From Eledone cirrhosa (taxonomy: Eukaryota): a DNA stretch of 64,000 nucleotides. Positions 11,676 to 23,412 of this stretch are shown in pieces. The stretch lies in the NCBI GenBank assembly GCA_964016885.1, contig OZ024751.1, positions 44,082,001-44,146,000 of the forward strand. Direction: 5' to 3'. Below the pieces are notes generated by a model, which was not told the DNA's origin, did no database searches, and saw only the letters and a program-made list of their open reading frames with translations. Position numbers and translations under genes: made by a program. Each line of letters opens with the position of its first letter. The first letter of the stretch is position 1.

Positions 11676-13592
11676 ATGAACGCTGCGTCCAACGATAATG
11701 GTGGTGGAGAGGCGGTAAGACTACAAAGCTCGCAGTCAACAACGTCTTCTTCACTAGATACTATAGAGATGGAAAGACAAAATGAAAATAAAAAAACGAA
11801 TTCACATCCAAACAACACAAATGACACCAAACAGCTCAATGACAACAAAAATAACAGCAAAACCAATAATGATGATAAAAGCAACAATGATAACAACAAC
11901 AAAGAAAAAAATAAAGACAACGCCAATAACACCAGCATCAAAGACAACAACAACACCAAGGAAAATACGGATGATACCAACATCGGTGACAACAAGAATA
12001 ACAACAAGAATAACAACAATAATGACAACACCACCAATACGGATTCCACAAAGAAACCAAAAATCTCCTTTGCGGAGAAAGTTCAAAAGAAAGAACAATT
12101 GATATATCTCGACATAACAAATGCTGAACACCTTTTAAAGGACGCTAAGAGATATGTCACCTTCGAAAAAAATGGTGCTTTCAGCATCAATTCTCCGGTA
12201 GAAATTCGCAAGGAAACTGCTCTCAAAACGATAGTTTTTAGGACAGTTTCCAATTCTACCCGAAAACCAGTCCAATTGTCACAGAAAGATATTGAACTGG
12301 TTTTCAAAGATTCAATGAATGATATTGCATTCATTCAAAGAAGCAAACTTTTTGGGAGTATTTCGGTACTGATGAAGGATCAATTGACGGCCCAAAATTA
12401 CTCTGTGTCGCCAATTGTATCCAACCTGTACACCTTTTTCCCTACATACATGGGAAAAAGGACACAAAAGATCAGAATCACAAGTGTCACACCAAAGGTG
12501 AACATATGGTGGATACTGTGCGGCTTCATCAATTTTGATGAAGACAGAATACTGTCAGTAGGCAAGTCCCCCAGAGATGTATTCAATGGGACTAGCATTG
12601 AAGTTCTGGTGCAAATGAGCCCAGAGCGAATAGCTATGATCCCACAGCGTGTACTCCTGGACGGACTTACCTACATAAACCTTTCGGTTGAGGGTAGGCG
12701 GCCTTCATGTTACCATTGCTTTAGCAGGGGTCACCTGAGGGCTTCCTGTCCTAAACTAATGAACCAAAAAAAGGCTCTTCTGCCAACACCCATCAAAACA
12801 ACACAACCACCAACACCACCACTACAACAACAACACCAACACACAAAAATAACCACAACAAACACAGTCCCACCCAACCTCACTCCACCTAAAACCACTG
12901 CAAAATCACATACAGACACAACAGCTCCCCAAGACATACCCCTCCCCAATCACACAGACGATACAACAGATGAGGCTATCTCGCCATCACCCAGTGAAGA
13001 CGAGGGAGAACCCCATCGCTCGAAAAGAAAGAAAAGACATCACAAAAGCAAAAAGCCAGCAAACACTACCACAAACATACAACCACCAACACAAACAACA
13101 AAAATATCACAAACAAAACCCCCACCTCCTGAAAACAAAATACCTACAACAAAACGAAAGCACACACAAGAACTACAGACAAAAACAAACACAACACAAG
13201 AAAATTACACTTACACTTACATAAACACTGAAAACAAAACACTAATGGAGACCATTACGAACGACCCTTCGGTTTTCACCGAAGGGAAAACTTTCGCCCA
13301 CTCTATAAAAAATAGCAAAAAAATGAACCTAAAACTGATTAGGGTCCCTATACAAACTTATAGGTCCCTAAAAGAAACATTTGAGAAGGATGTGGGGAAT
13401 TCCTGCGTGAAACCACTCAACCGCGTCCTTCTCAAATGCCTCCCCACCCCAGACACCCCCATCCCACCATACCCCACCCCACCAAACATCTGCGTCCCCA
13501 CCCCGCCGGAAACCACCACCCATCCAGACAACCCCTCCAACACCCCCATGGAAATCGTGCGGCCTGGTCCCCAGGAGGCGAAGGGTGAGTGA
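11676..13592 (+). CDS. LINE ORF1p, 638 aa
   Basis: As copy 1; I see one difference, D>Y (PPDPT/PPYPT). Confidence 0.9.
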   Translation: MNAASNDNGGGEAVRLQSSQSTTSSSLDTIEMERQNENKKTNSHPNNTNDTKQLNDNKNNSKTNNDDKSNNDNNNKEKNKDNANNTSIKDNNNTKENTDDTNIGDNKNNNKNNNNNDNTTNTDSTKKPKISFAEKVQKKEQLIYLDITNAEHLLKDAKRYVTFEKNGAFSINSPVEIRKETALKTIVFRTVSNSTRKPVQLSQKDIELVFKDSMNDIAFIQRSKLFGSISVLMKDQLTAQNYSVSPIVSNLYTFFPTYMGKRTQKIRITSVTPKVNIWWILCGFINFDEDRILSVGKSPRDVFNGTSIEVLVQMSPERIAMIPQRVLLDGLTYINLSVEGRRPSCYHCFSRGHLRASCPKLMNQKKALLPTPIKTTQPPTPPLQQQHQHTKITTTNTVPPNLTPPKTTAKSHTDTTAPQDIPLPNHTDDTTDEAISPSPSEDEGEPHRSKRKKRHHKSKKPANTTTNIQPPTQTTKISQTKPPPPENKIPTTKRKHTQELQTKTNTTQENYTYTYINTENKTLMETITNDPSVFTEGKTFAHSIKNSKKMNLKLIRVPIQTYRSLKETFEKDVGNSCVKPLNRVLLKCLPTPDTPIPPYPTPPNICVPTPPETTTHPDNPSNTPMEIVRPGPQEAKGE

Positions 13593-13625
13593 TCTCTTTT
13601 CCTCTTTTAACTTTTCAGCACCAAC

Positions 13626-16600
13626 ATGGCCAATATAAGAGTTGGATGTGTGAACGTACGCGGCCTGGGGATGCCCTGGAAACAGGGCAAACTCTTAAAC
13701 GACCTCAGGTCGCACAGTTTGGATGTGGTAGCCATTTGCGAGTCCAGGATCCACGGCGAGCGACAGCTGGCCCCCATCTTCGATGACTTTGAGATCTACG
13801 CATCTCTCTGTCAACCGGGGGGTGGGGGCGGAGTTGCCGTTTTGCTGCGGAAACACCTGGGCCTCGTAACACAGACGGTACATCTGGACCCGGAGGGTCG
13901 ACTGGTGGTCCTAGACGTTGACGGTAGTGAAGGTGGAGCGTTCAGGCTGGTGGCCGCATATGCCCCATCCGGGACACCGCGGCCAGACTTCTTCAAACGT
14001 CTAGAGACTTTTCTGGGAACGTCCCGCTCCTTGCTTTTAGTGGGGGACTGGAATGGAATCCTAGATGCACGTTGGGACTATGTGGGAGCATGTCCCGATA
14101 AAGGGGGGTGTAACAGCCTCAAACAGTTAATCGACCGATTTGACCTGGCCGATAGATATCGACTAGATTTTCCGACTGCGTCACTGTGGACGTGGAGTAA
14201 TCGTAGCGGAACATCTAGATCGTACCTAGATAGGGTTCTAGTTAGAAATAAGGATAGGGACATGTTAAGCTGTCCACAAATATTCATGGTTGCCTATTCA
14301 GATCACAAACTAGTGACCTGCATGGCCAACCTTGATAGAACCCATAGACAAGGACCCGGCTACTGGAAGCTGAACTTGTCGTTACCGACAAGCAAGGCCT
14401 ACAGTAGACGGATTAGCACTTTAGTTAAACAGCACTTGACAGGGGCCATTGTCAACAACAGATGGTGGTACTCTCTCAAGAGGGCAGTTAGATTAGACTC
14501 GATAGTTTTTAGTAAAGAATTAGCGTTAGATAGAAATAGAACCGAGAAGGAACTGGTAGATAAAGTAGAAGAGGCTATTAGAAGTGGCAACGTAGCCAGC
14601 GTGCTAGCAACGAGAACGGCCTTGGACCAGTTCTTCGACGCAAAGCACGAGGGCTGCGTTGTCAGAAGCAAAATACGTGCTCTGGGAAACGAGGGAGCCA
14701 AAGCTGTTAGCTGGGCCCGAGTGACGGAGGCAAAAAGTGGCAACAAGTCCACGATTCGGTCTTTGAAGGACCAAAACGGACGCGTGATACGTGAGCCGAA
14801 GCAGATGTGTGCGGCTTTTCAGCGGCACTTTGCTCGGCTGTTCGGGGAGAGCGGCGCGCCGGGAGAGGCTATGGATTTCGGTCCATACCTCGACGGCCTA
14901 CCGCGACTCTCGGACAGCGAGGCGAAGTTCTGCGAAAAGCCGATTTCAGCCACTGAGATAGGGGACGCGCTGAGCCAATGCGGCAAACGCAAATCTCCAG
15001 GTCTCGACGGTCTACCCTACGAATTTTACGTAGCAATGCCGGACTTATTCTCCGGTCTCCTGGAAGCGGTCTACTGCAACTGGCAACAGAACGGGAGAAT
15101 TCCCAGTTCTGTAACCGGGGGCGTGGTCACACTAATCAGGAAGGACGAGAATAAGGGGGATGACATAGGCAACTTCCGGCCCATAACTCTGCTAAACACA
15201 GAGTTACAGATTTTGGCCAAGGTGTTGGCAAAGAGGCTGGCGCTTGTCGTCGAGAACCTGGTGGGAGAAGCGCAGACATGCGCGATCCCGACCAGGTCCA
15301 TACACGACAACCTCCACCTCATGCGATACATCATAGAGAGGGTAGGGTGTAAACCCGGCTTCGGTGGGGCCCTGATCAACTTGGATCAGTCTAAGGCTTT
15401 CGATAGGGTTGACCATCGTTACCTGGATGCGGTGCTCGAGGCGGCAGGCTTCGGACCCGTGTTCAGGGGCTGGATTGCTGCAATGCACAACAGCAACATC
15501 TGCTCAAGGGTCAAGGTGAACGGTTACCTCTCGGAGCCGTTCCATATTACGCGATCCATTCGACAGGGATGCCCTCTCTCCTCCCTTCTGTACGTACTGA
15601 CTCTCGAGCCACTACTGCGGAAGCTGGAGCTATTGCAGGGCATCCCTCTGGAACCGGGACTGCGGAAAGCGGCGTCGGCCTACGCCGACGACGTGACAGT
15701 AATGGTGTCGAGCGCCTCGCAAATCGAGAAAGTCGGCACCTTACTAAAGGAATACGAAAGTCTCACAGGAGCGAAGCTGAACCGGGACAAGTCCATCGGT
15801 TTGCAACTCGGATCGTGGAGAGGCAGACCGATGCCTTCCGATGGCGTCGTCGGACGCTGGACGGAAGGACCTGTAAAGCTGCTCGGGGTCTGGTTTGGTC
15901 CGGACCTCCAGGTGGAGAAGAACTGGAACGAAGTGATGGCCAAGGTGTTTGCACTCACCCAGAAGTGGGCCGAGTGCAAACTATCCTTGAAAGGTCGAGC
16001 GGAGGTGGCGAACACTTTTATAGCGTCCGCCATCTACTACCGCTTGACCGTCGTGCCTTGTCCAGCCAAAACGCTCGCCAAAATGGAGCGCGCCCTCTTC
16101 CGATTCCTTTGGAAGAGGCGGGCTCCTTTGGTAAGAAGATCCATCTGCTGCCAACACCCTTCTAACGGAGGGCTGGGGATGCCGTGGTTGACGATGCGCA
16201 AACACGCGCTCAGGCTGCGGCATCTCTACGTATTCCTCACCGGACAACCGGTGTGGGCCCCGTTCGTGAGGCGAGCCTTCCCACGACTCGTCTCACTGAC
16301 CGAGCTGCAGTCCTGGGTCAAGCAGAGACCGTGGAAAATGGGCGACTGGCACATCGAATGTGCTCAGGCGCTCACAGCCCTCTGGCAGGCGGACCCGGCG
16401 ATCAGTGGAGACTCCACTTCGTCATTCTATAGAGGGTTGGTCCGCAGCAAGTGCGACGACGCGCTCGGTGAAACTCTAGGCGTGGAGGAAGATGAACTGG
16501 CCAGTCTGTTCGGTAGGACCTTCCGCCCGGGACCGATGGACAACTTCCAAAAGTCCCTGGCCTGGCAGTGCTACCGAGGAGCTCTACCAGTTCGAGACAA

Positions 16601-17063
16601 GCTCTACAGACATGGGCGCCCGGGCAGGGACCCTGCAAAAAAGATCTGTCCGAGGTGCGTGCGAGACGAAGAAACCGTCGCGCACGCATTCATACACTAC
16701 CCGGGCGTCACTGACCTGTGGGGATATGTAGAACGACTATTGTCGCGGGTGGGACCAATCCAGTTGACCACCGAGTCCATTGTCATGATCAAACCGCCAC
16801 CCTCCTTCAAAAACGAAGGAGAGGCGGTTTTCCTTTGTGTGATAGCTATGGCGAAAGAGGTTGTATGGTGGACAAGGTTAAAAGGGCTGAGGTCAGACAC
16901 CTTTCTCTCCGGCCAACAACTGATTCTTTTTTTCAAATACCACTTTGGAAGAAGAATCAGGATGGAGAGAGAGGTGCTGTACCCCAGCAAGTTTTATGAA
17001 AGGTGGGTGAAAGTGGCGAGAATGGCCCGAGTGAATGGGCCTTCTCTCTATATCAGCCTGTAG
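13626..17063 (+). CDS. LINE ORF2p, 1145 aa
   Basis: As copy 1 with about 10 substitutions, including the final CCHC Cys>Tyr (HAFIHY). Confidence 0.97.
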   Translation: MANIRVGCVNVRGLGMPWKQGKLLNDLRSHSLDVVAICESRIHGERQLAPIFDDFEIYASLCQPGGGGGVAVLLRKHLGLVTQTVHLDPEGRLVVLDVDGSEGGAFRLVAAYAPSGTPRPDFFKRLETFLGTSRSLLLVGDWNGILDARWDYVGACPDKGGCNSLKQLIDRFDLADRYRLDFPTASLWTWSNRSGTSRSYLDRVLVRNKDRDMLSCPQIFMVAYSDHKLVTCMANLDRTHRQGPGYWKLNLSLPTSKAYSRRISTLVKQHLTGAIVNNRWWYSLKRAVRLDSIVFSKELALDRNRTEKELVDKVEEAIRSGNVASVLATRTALDQFFDAKHEGCVVRSKIRALGNEGAKAVSWARVTEAKSGNKSTIRSLKDQNGRVIREPKQMCAAFQRHFARLFGESGAPGEAMDFGPYLDGLPRLSDSEAKFCEKPISATEIGDALSQCGKRKSPGLDGLPYEFYVAMPDLFSGLLEAVYCNWQQNGRIPSSVTGGVVTLIRKDENKGDDIGNFRPITLLNTELQILAKVLAKRLALVVENLVGEAQTCAIPTRSIHDNLHLMRYIIERVGCKPGFGGALINLDQSKAFDRVDHRYLDAVLEAAGFGPVFRGWIAAMHNSNICSRVKVNGYLSEPFHITRSIRQGCPLSSLLYVLTLEPLLRKLELLQGIPLEPGLRKAASAYADDVTVMVSSASQIEKVGTLLKEYESLTGAKLNRDKSIGLQLGSWRGRPMPSDGVVGRWTEGPVKLLGVWFGPDLQVEKNWNEVMAKVFALTQKWAECKLSLKGRAEVANTFIASAIYYRLTVVPCPAKTLAKMERALFRFLWKRRAPLVRRSICCQHPSNGGLGMPWLTMRKHALRLRHLYVFLTGQPVWAPFVRRAFPRLVSLTELQSWVKQRPWKMGDWHIECAQALTALWQADPAISGDSTSSFYRGLVRSKCDDALGETLGVEEDELASLFGRTFRPGPMDNFQKSLAWQCYRGALPVRDKLYRHGRPGRDPAKKICPRCVRDEETVAHAFIHYPGVTDLWGYVERLLSRVGPIQLTTESIVMIKPPPSFKNEGEAVFLCVIAMAKEVVWWTRLKGLRSDTFLSGQQLILFFKYHFGRRIRMEREVLYPSKFYERWVKVARMARVNGPSLYISL

Positions 17064-17302
17064 ATTGAGGAAAAGGAGGAGGAGAGGAAAGGAGTACAAG
17101 CTCTTCGTACTCCTGGAGATGAGGGTTGCACATTTTTTTCGGGGGTATGTGTTACCCATATAAACTGTCTCCCTCTATTGGGGAAAATCGACTAACTTTT
17201 AAATTCCATCTGTGATAACATTTTACACGTTTTTATTGTATGTAAACTTCCCCCTTTGTATTTGTCCCCTTCTTTTGTGCCCCTGTGGCTAATAAAGAAA
17301 TA

Positions 17303-17342
<40 letters not shown>

Positions 17343-17388
17343 CATCTATCTATCTATCTGTCTCTCTGTCTGTCTACCTATCTATCTA

Positions 17389-17906
17389 TCATGATCAAAC
17401 CTCCACCCTTCCTTCAAAAACGAAGGAGAGGCGGTTTTCCTTTGTGTGATAGCTATGGCGAAAGAGGTTGTATGGTGGACAAGGTTGAAAGGGTTGAGGT
17501 CAGACACCTTTCTCTCCGGCCAACAACTGATTCTTTTTTTCAAATACCACTTTGGAAGAAGAATCAGGATGGAGAGAGAGGTGCTGTACCCCAGCAAGTT
17601 TTATGAAAGGTGGGTGAATGTGGCGAGAATGGCCCGAGTGAATGGGCCTTCTCTCTATATCAGCCTGTAGGTTGAGGAAAAGGAGGAGGAGAGGAAGGGA
17701 GAACAAACTCTTCGTACTCCTGGAGATGAGGGTTGCACGTTTTTTCGGGGGTATGTGTTACCCATATGAACTGTCTCCCCCTATTGGGGAAAATCGACTA
17801 ATTTTTAAATTGCATTTGTGATAATATTTTACACGTTTTTATTGTATGTAAACTTCCCCCATTGTATTTGTCCCCTTCTTTTGTGCCCCTGTGGCTAATA
17901 AAGAAA
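17389..17906 (+). mobile_element. 5'-truncated Tx1 copy 3
   Basis: Last ~280 nt of ORF2 (1-nt insertion near the 5' end) plus the 3' UTR. (TCTA)n on both sides. Confidence 0.95.
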
Positions 17907-17980
17907 CATATCTATCTATCTATTTCTATCTATTTATCTATCTCTCTATATATCTATCTATCTCTTCTCTCTCTCCCCCT

Positions 17981-18085
<105 letters not shown>

Positions 18086-18732
18086 AAAGGATAACAAGGA
18101 CGATTGGTTACTCCTTCATTACATTTATTGGCAGGTGACGTGCGTTTCGCCACTGATCAGCTCAAGGTTCGATCTGTATCGATCCTACCCGACTCAATGA
18201 CCGGCAGCTCGACGGACCCTTTAAAATGCTATATATATATACAGGGGCCGGTCGTCGAAACGGGCCCACTGTATCATGAAAAGAAATTTTTTCGGGGAAA
18301 TTAATTATTGGATTTTTCCAAATTTAAAGATTTCTCAGGAACTTTCCATGTTCATTTAGGTTTTGCTGTCTGAAGATTGTGACATGGAAATACTAGGTTT
18401 GGTACCCGAGCATACAGTTATCCTACCCTAAGTTCTTGTTAGGACATCGTTCTAAGAAAAGAAAAACCTCTAGAGATGTAAAAACCTATGACTTGATGGC
18501 AGCCAGTGTTCAGAGAATGGGACTGGTCCAATGCAAATAAAAAAGCTCCTTCTCTCTCTCCGTTTTTTCTTTCTCTCCGTTTTTTTCTTTCTCTCCGTCT
18601 TTTTTCTAACTGTGCTCAACACTATAACTAATAAAATAATTATAAACATCTCACTATCCAGACAGCTTCCAAAAATAATGGTCGCTTCTAATAGGGTACG
18701 TCAAAATTATTTATAAAACTGTTTATATATTG

Positions 18733-18797
18733 TATTTTATCTGACGAAGGCATGCCATATTTTAATTTGGTATCCCTGAAATATGTATAATGAAATA
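18733..18797 (+). ncRNA. Family D type I hammerhead
   Basis: TATTTTAT-CTGACGA-AGG c ATGCCA..TGGTAT c CCT-GAAA-TATGTA-TA^ATGAAATA. Lies within a solo arm (~18660-18836) ending in (TA)n. Confidence 0.8.
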
Positions 18798-18988
18798 AAT
18801 ATGGATTTATAAATATAGTTTCCATTTATTTAATATTATATATATATATATATATTTGACTGGATCTACCAACTCATAATATTATAATATTATAAAATTA
18901 AATCAAACATTTTTTAACACTACAAGTGAAGTAATTCTTTTCCTTTTTTTCAAATATACCTAACTGTACCAAGGATCTCACACATTTT

Positions 18989-19448
<460 letters not shown>

Positions 19449-19565
19449 TTAAATAGAAATGGCTTCTACAGGACTAGAACAGTATAATTTCTATATTAAA
19501 TATTATACTCTGCTATGTATTGAGTACCTTATTTACTAAGGTTACCTCTGATTGAACCCGGGATA

Positions 19566-19610
<45 letters not shown>

Positions 19611-19729
19611 AATTAAGTTAAAAATGTACATCCACATATGTATACTGAAATACTAGTATGCATATGAATACACACAAAATTTAATTTCGTTTCGTTATTT
19701 GTTTTTATATATATATATATATATATATA

Positions 19730-19846
19730 ACGGAGGAAATGTGGTAAGGAACCAGGTGGACCATAACGCACCAAAGTACTCAATACTTAGAGTAGTAGAG
19801 TGGGTAATAGGAACGAGTAGGGCCCCATTGGTGTCCTACTCGTTCC
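19730..19846 (-). mobile_element. Family A fold-back element, heavily truncated
   Basis: Tail plus a short inverted arm (gtcctactcgttcc) in (TA)n. Confidence 0.8.
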
Positions 19847-19875
19847 TATATATATATATATATATATATATATAC

Positions 19876-20081
19876 GTTATTCCGGGTATAAAAATAAACT
19901 ATAGCTTTGTAGAATTAGCTTTTAATGAATTCCCTTTTCTATCAACCAATGACCTACACCCATCCCACTCCCACCCTCTCCTACCACTTGTAGAGACCTA
20001 TAAATACCATTTTTATTTTTTGATACCCAGATTCCTGATGATTTCTAATGAATGAAACAGTTCTAGTCCTGTAGAATCTCA

Positions 20082-20085
<4 letters not shown>
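19876..20085 (+). mobile_element. Family G pLTR-like element with hammerhead-like core
   Basis: CCAAT and TATAAAT, then CTGATGA..GAAAC..GTC (from 20035). Related pieces at 19450-19571, 41306-41455, 56779-56822 and 59362-59402. Confidence 0.55.
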
Positions 20086-20161
<76 letters not shown>

Positions 20162-20436
20162 CTCCCCCACATATATATAAATATATACACACATACTCCC
20201 TCCACCCACATATATATATATATACACATATATACACATATATATATCCCTCAAGTCACACAAACACTACGTCTCTACCACTGCAGTTAACACTCTCCTC
20301 CTGCTTTAACTCTTCAACATTCCCTAACTATAACTCTCTTACCCTCTCTTATTTCTATCCTCGATTACCACGACACCACCGCAATAAACCTCCACCCACA
20401 ACCACCACCACCACCACCACCACCACCATAAGCACT

Positions 20437-20468
<32 letters not shown>

Positions 20469-20545
20469 CAACCAAGCTAGCAGCTCTCTTTTTGATTAGT
20501 AGTTTCTAACGCGTATTAATCAACTGAATTACAAAATTAGTAATG

Positions 20546-21620
20546 TCATGGTGGTGGTGGTGGTGGTGGTGGTGGTGGTAGATGTCATGGTGATAGTGGT
20601 GGTGGTGGTGGTGGTAGATGTCATGGTGATGGTGGTGGTGGTGGTGGTGGTGGTAGATGTCATGGTGATGGTGGTGGTGGTGGTGGTGGTAGATGTCATG
20701 GTGATGGTGGTGGTGGTGGTGGTGGTGGTAGATGTCATGGTGATGGTGGTGGTGGTGGTGGTGGTAGATGTCATGGTGATGGTGGTGGTGGTGGTGGTGG
20801 TGGTAGATGTCATGGTGATGGTGGTGGTGGTGGTGGTGGTAGATGTCATGGTGATGGTGGTGGTGGTGGTGGTGGTGGTAGATGTCATGGTGATGGTGGT
20901 GGTGGTGGTGGTGGTAGATGTCATGGTGATGGTGGTGGTGGTGGTGGTGGTGGTAGATGTCATGGTGATGGTGGTGGTGGTGGTGGTGGTGGTAGATGTC
21001 ATGGTGATAGTGGTGGTGGTGGTGGTGGTAGATGTCATGGTGATGGTGGTGGTGGTGGTGGTGGTGGTAGATGTCATGGTGATGGTGGTGGTGGTGGTGG
21101 TGGTAGATGTCATGGTGATGGTGGTGGTGGTGGTGGTGGTGGTAGATGTCATGGTGATGGTGGTGGTGGTGGTGGTGGTAGATGTCATGGTGATGGTGGT
21201 GGTGGTGGTGGTGGTGGTGGTGGTGGTAGATGTCATGGTGATGGTGGTGGTGGTGGTGGTGGTAGATGTCATGGTGATGGTGGTGGTGGTGGTGGTGGTG
21301 GTAGATGTCATGGTGATGGTGGCGGTGGTGGTGGTGGTGGTAGATGTCATGGTGATGGTGGCAGTGGTGATGGTGGTGGTAGTGGTAGATGTCATGGTGA
21401 TGTTGGCGGTGGTGGTGGTGGTGGTAGATGTCATGGTGATGGTGGCGGTGGTGGTAGATGTCATGGTGATGGTGGCGGTGGTGGTGGTGGTGGTGGTAGA
21501 TGTCATGGTGATGGTGGCTGTGGTGGCGGTGGTGGTGGTAGATGTCATGGTGATGGTGGTGGTGGTGGTGGTAGATGTCATGGTGATGGTGGCGGTGGCG
21601 GCGGTGGCGATGGTGGTGGC
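20546..21620. repeat. Minisatellite of 36-39 bp: GTAGATGTCATGGTGAT(GGT)n
   Basis: About 30 tandem units. Confidence 0.95.
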
Positions 21621-21654
21621 TTCTGTATTTGTATCCAAGTATTCTAAAAAAAGT

Positions 21655-21920
21655 CTAAAGTCTGTCTTAAGCCAGAAGGCTCATTTGGCCGGTGCTTATC
21701 CCGGTTTCATGGCGTGGAGCGAGTGAGAGTACAAAACTCCCCCCTGGACAGGACGCCAGTCCATCGCAGGGTTAAACCTCCAACTATTGCTGGTACTCAT
21801 TTTCAGCTGAGTATACTGGAGCAACGTGAAATGAAGTGTTTTGCACAAGAACACAACACGCAACCCACGACATTATGATCGTAAGTCCAACACTCATACC
21901 ACTAGACCACGTGCCTCCAC
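21655..21920 (-). mobile_element. tRNA-derived SINE (type 2)
   Basis: tRNA-like head (cacgtggtctagtggt) and central tgtgttcttg..caaaacacttcatttcacgttgctccag. Related copies at 23210-23412 and 37600-37700. Confidence 0.75.
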
Positions 21921-21935
21921 TATATCCAAGCATTC

Positions 21936-22165
21936 CGGTGGATTGGCAGTATCGGTAGAGGGTCGGACGCCATGCTTTCAAGCATAGTTACGTCCCTTTA
22001 CGATCTGAGTTCAAATCCCGCCGAGGTTGACTTTGCCTTTCATCCTTACGGGGTCGATAAAATAAAGTACCAGTAATGCACTGGATAATTGCTGGCCTTG
22101 TGCCTATAAAGTACCAGTAATGCACTGGATAATTGCTGGCCTTGTGCCTAAAGTAGAAACAATTA
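21936..22165 (+). mobile_element. tRNA-derived SINE (type 1, Nin/Deu-like central domain)
   Basis: B-box gagttcaaatccc followed by gcctttcatccttacggggtcgataaaataaagtacc. Many copies in the window. Confidence 0.8.
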
Positions 22166-22265
22166 TGTATGTGTATATATATGTGTGTGTATGTATGTAT
22201 AAATACATGCATACATACATGCATATATACATACATGCACACATACATGCAAACATATACACAGG

Positions 22266-22302
<37 letters not shown>

Positions 22303-22429
22303 TGCGTGTGTTCTATTGGCAAAATGACCATTCCCAAATATAACAATATATATATACATGCACAGAAACATACATACAGACATAGATAGATAGATTCAAC
22401 CATACATCCATACATCCATCCATACATAC

Positions 22430-22655
22430 ATTAATGGTGGCTTCCAACTCGTTTTCGAGTACCGCCCCTACTTTATATCCGTGTAGGAGAACCCCTACCG
22501 ATGCGCTGAACGAGTGTGACTTTTTAGTCCAGCCAGCGACTTGAAAACTCTGGTACAAACACTACACTTGTGACAATTATTGACACATAGTGCTGGGCCC
22601 ATGGTACCATGTGACGACAAGTGCAAAGAGATCTCCAGATATAAAGCAATGCCTG
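22430..22655 (-). mobile_element. RTE-like LINE 3' fragment
   Basis: Near-duplicate of 22901-23126, ending in (TGTA/TGGA)n. Confidence 0.65.
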
Positions 22656-22900
22656 TGCCGTGAAGCTTTTATAGTGAGCAAAGGCACTGCACAAAGCCAG
22701 TCCCACTCTCTTAACCAAGATAATATTTACCTATTTACCAAAAAGAAGAACAAGTCAACATCATTGGATACCATCAGGGTTGCAGGTGTTATATCAGAGT
22801 TTTCCTTCTCCTAGAATTCTGCCTTGACAAAGGCTAAGGGGTCATCTCTCCCATACATAGATTCATCCATACATCCATACATCCATCCATACATACATAC

Positions 22901-23126
22901 ATTAATGGTGGCTGCCAACTCGTTTTCGAGTACGGCCACTACTTTATATCCATGTAGGAGAACCCCCTACCGATGCGCTGAACGAGTGTGACTCTTTAGT
23001 CCAGCCAGCGACTTGAAAACTCTGGCACAAACACTACACTTGTGACAATTACTGACACATAGTGCTGGGCCCATGGTACCATGTGACGACAAGTGCAGAG
23101 AGATCTCCAGATACAAAGCAATGCCT
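22901..23126 (-). mobile_element. RTE-like LINE 3' fragment
   Basis: C-terminal finger CSVCARVFKSLAGLKSHTRSAHR*, a short UTR and a tetranucleotide tail. Confidence 0.7.
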
Positions 23127-23209
23127 AATACACGCATAGATACATACATACATATATAGATCCATCCATTCATAGGTTCTCCATCCATCCATCCATCGAT
23201 CATACAAAA

Positions 23210-23412
23210 TTCTCCCTGGACAGAACGCCAGCCCATCACAGGGTTAAACTCCCAGCTATTGCTGCTGAAACTCATTTTCAGCTGAGTATATTGGAGCAAC
23301 GTGAAATGAATTGTTTTGCCTAAGAACACAACCTTCAAACCAGTCCAAGAATTGAACACACGACATTTTGATTGTATGTCCAACACCCTTACCACTAGGC
23401 CACGTGTCTCCA
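23210..23412 (-). mobile_element. tRNA-derived SINE (type 2)
   Basis: Similar to 21655-21920. Confidence 0.7.

Larger units (their letters stand above)
11459..17300 (+). mobile_element. Full-length Tx1-clade retrotransposon, copy 2
   Basis: Near-identical to copy 1 at offset 5861, separated from it by 18 nt of (TCTA)n. Confidence 0.95.

Noticed and set aside
7834-17159. Short antisense and alternate-frame ORFs inside the LINEs
   Set aside because: Expected shadows of GC-rich ORF2, with no motifs.
18134-18165. Minus-strand CTGATCA-GTGGC-GAAACGCACGTC
   Set aside because: G8 is missing and there is no stem I; only suggestive.
20529-21726. 369-aa poly-Thr mucin-like ORF and 392-aa poly-Val ORF
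   Set aside because: Both are frames of one (GGT)n minisatellite, with no signal peptide or unique domain.
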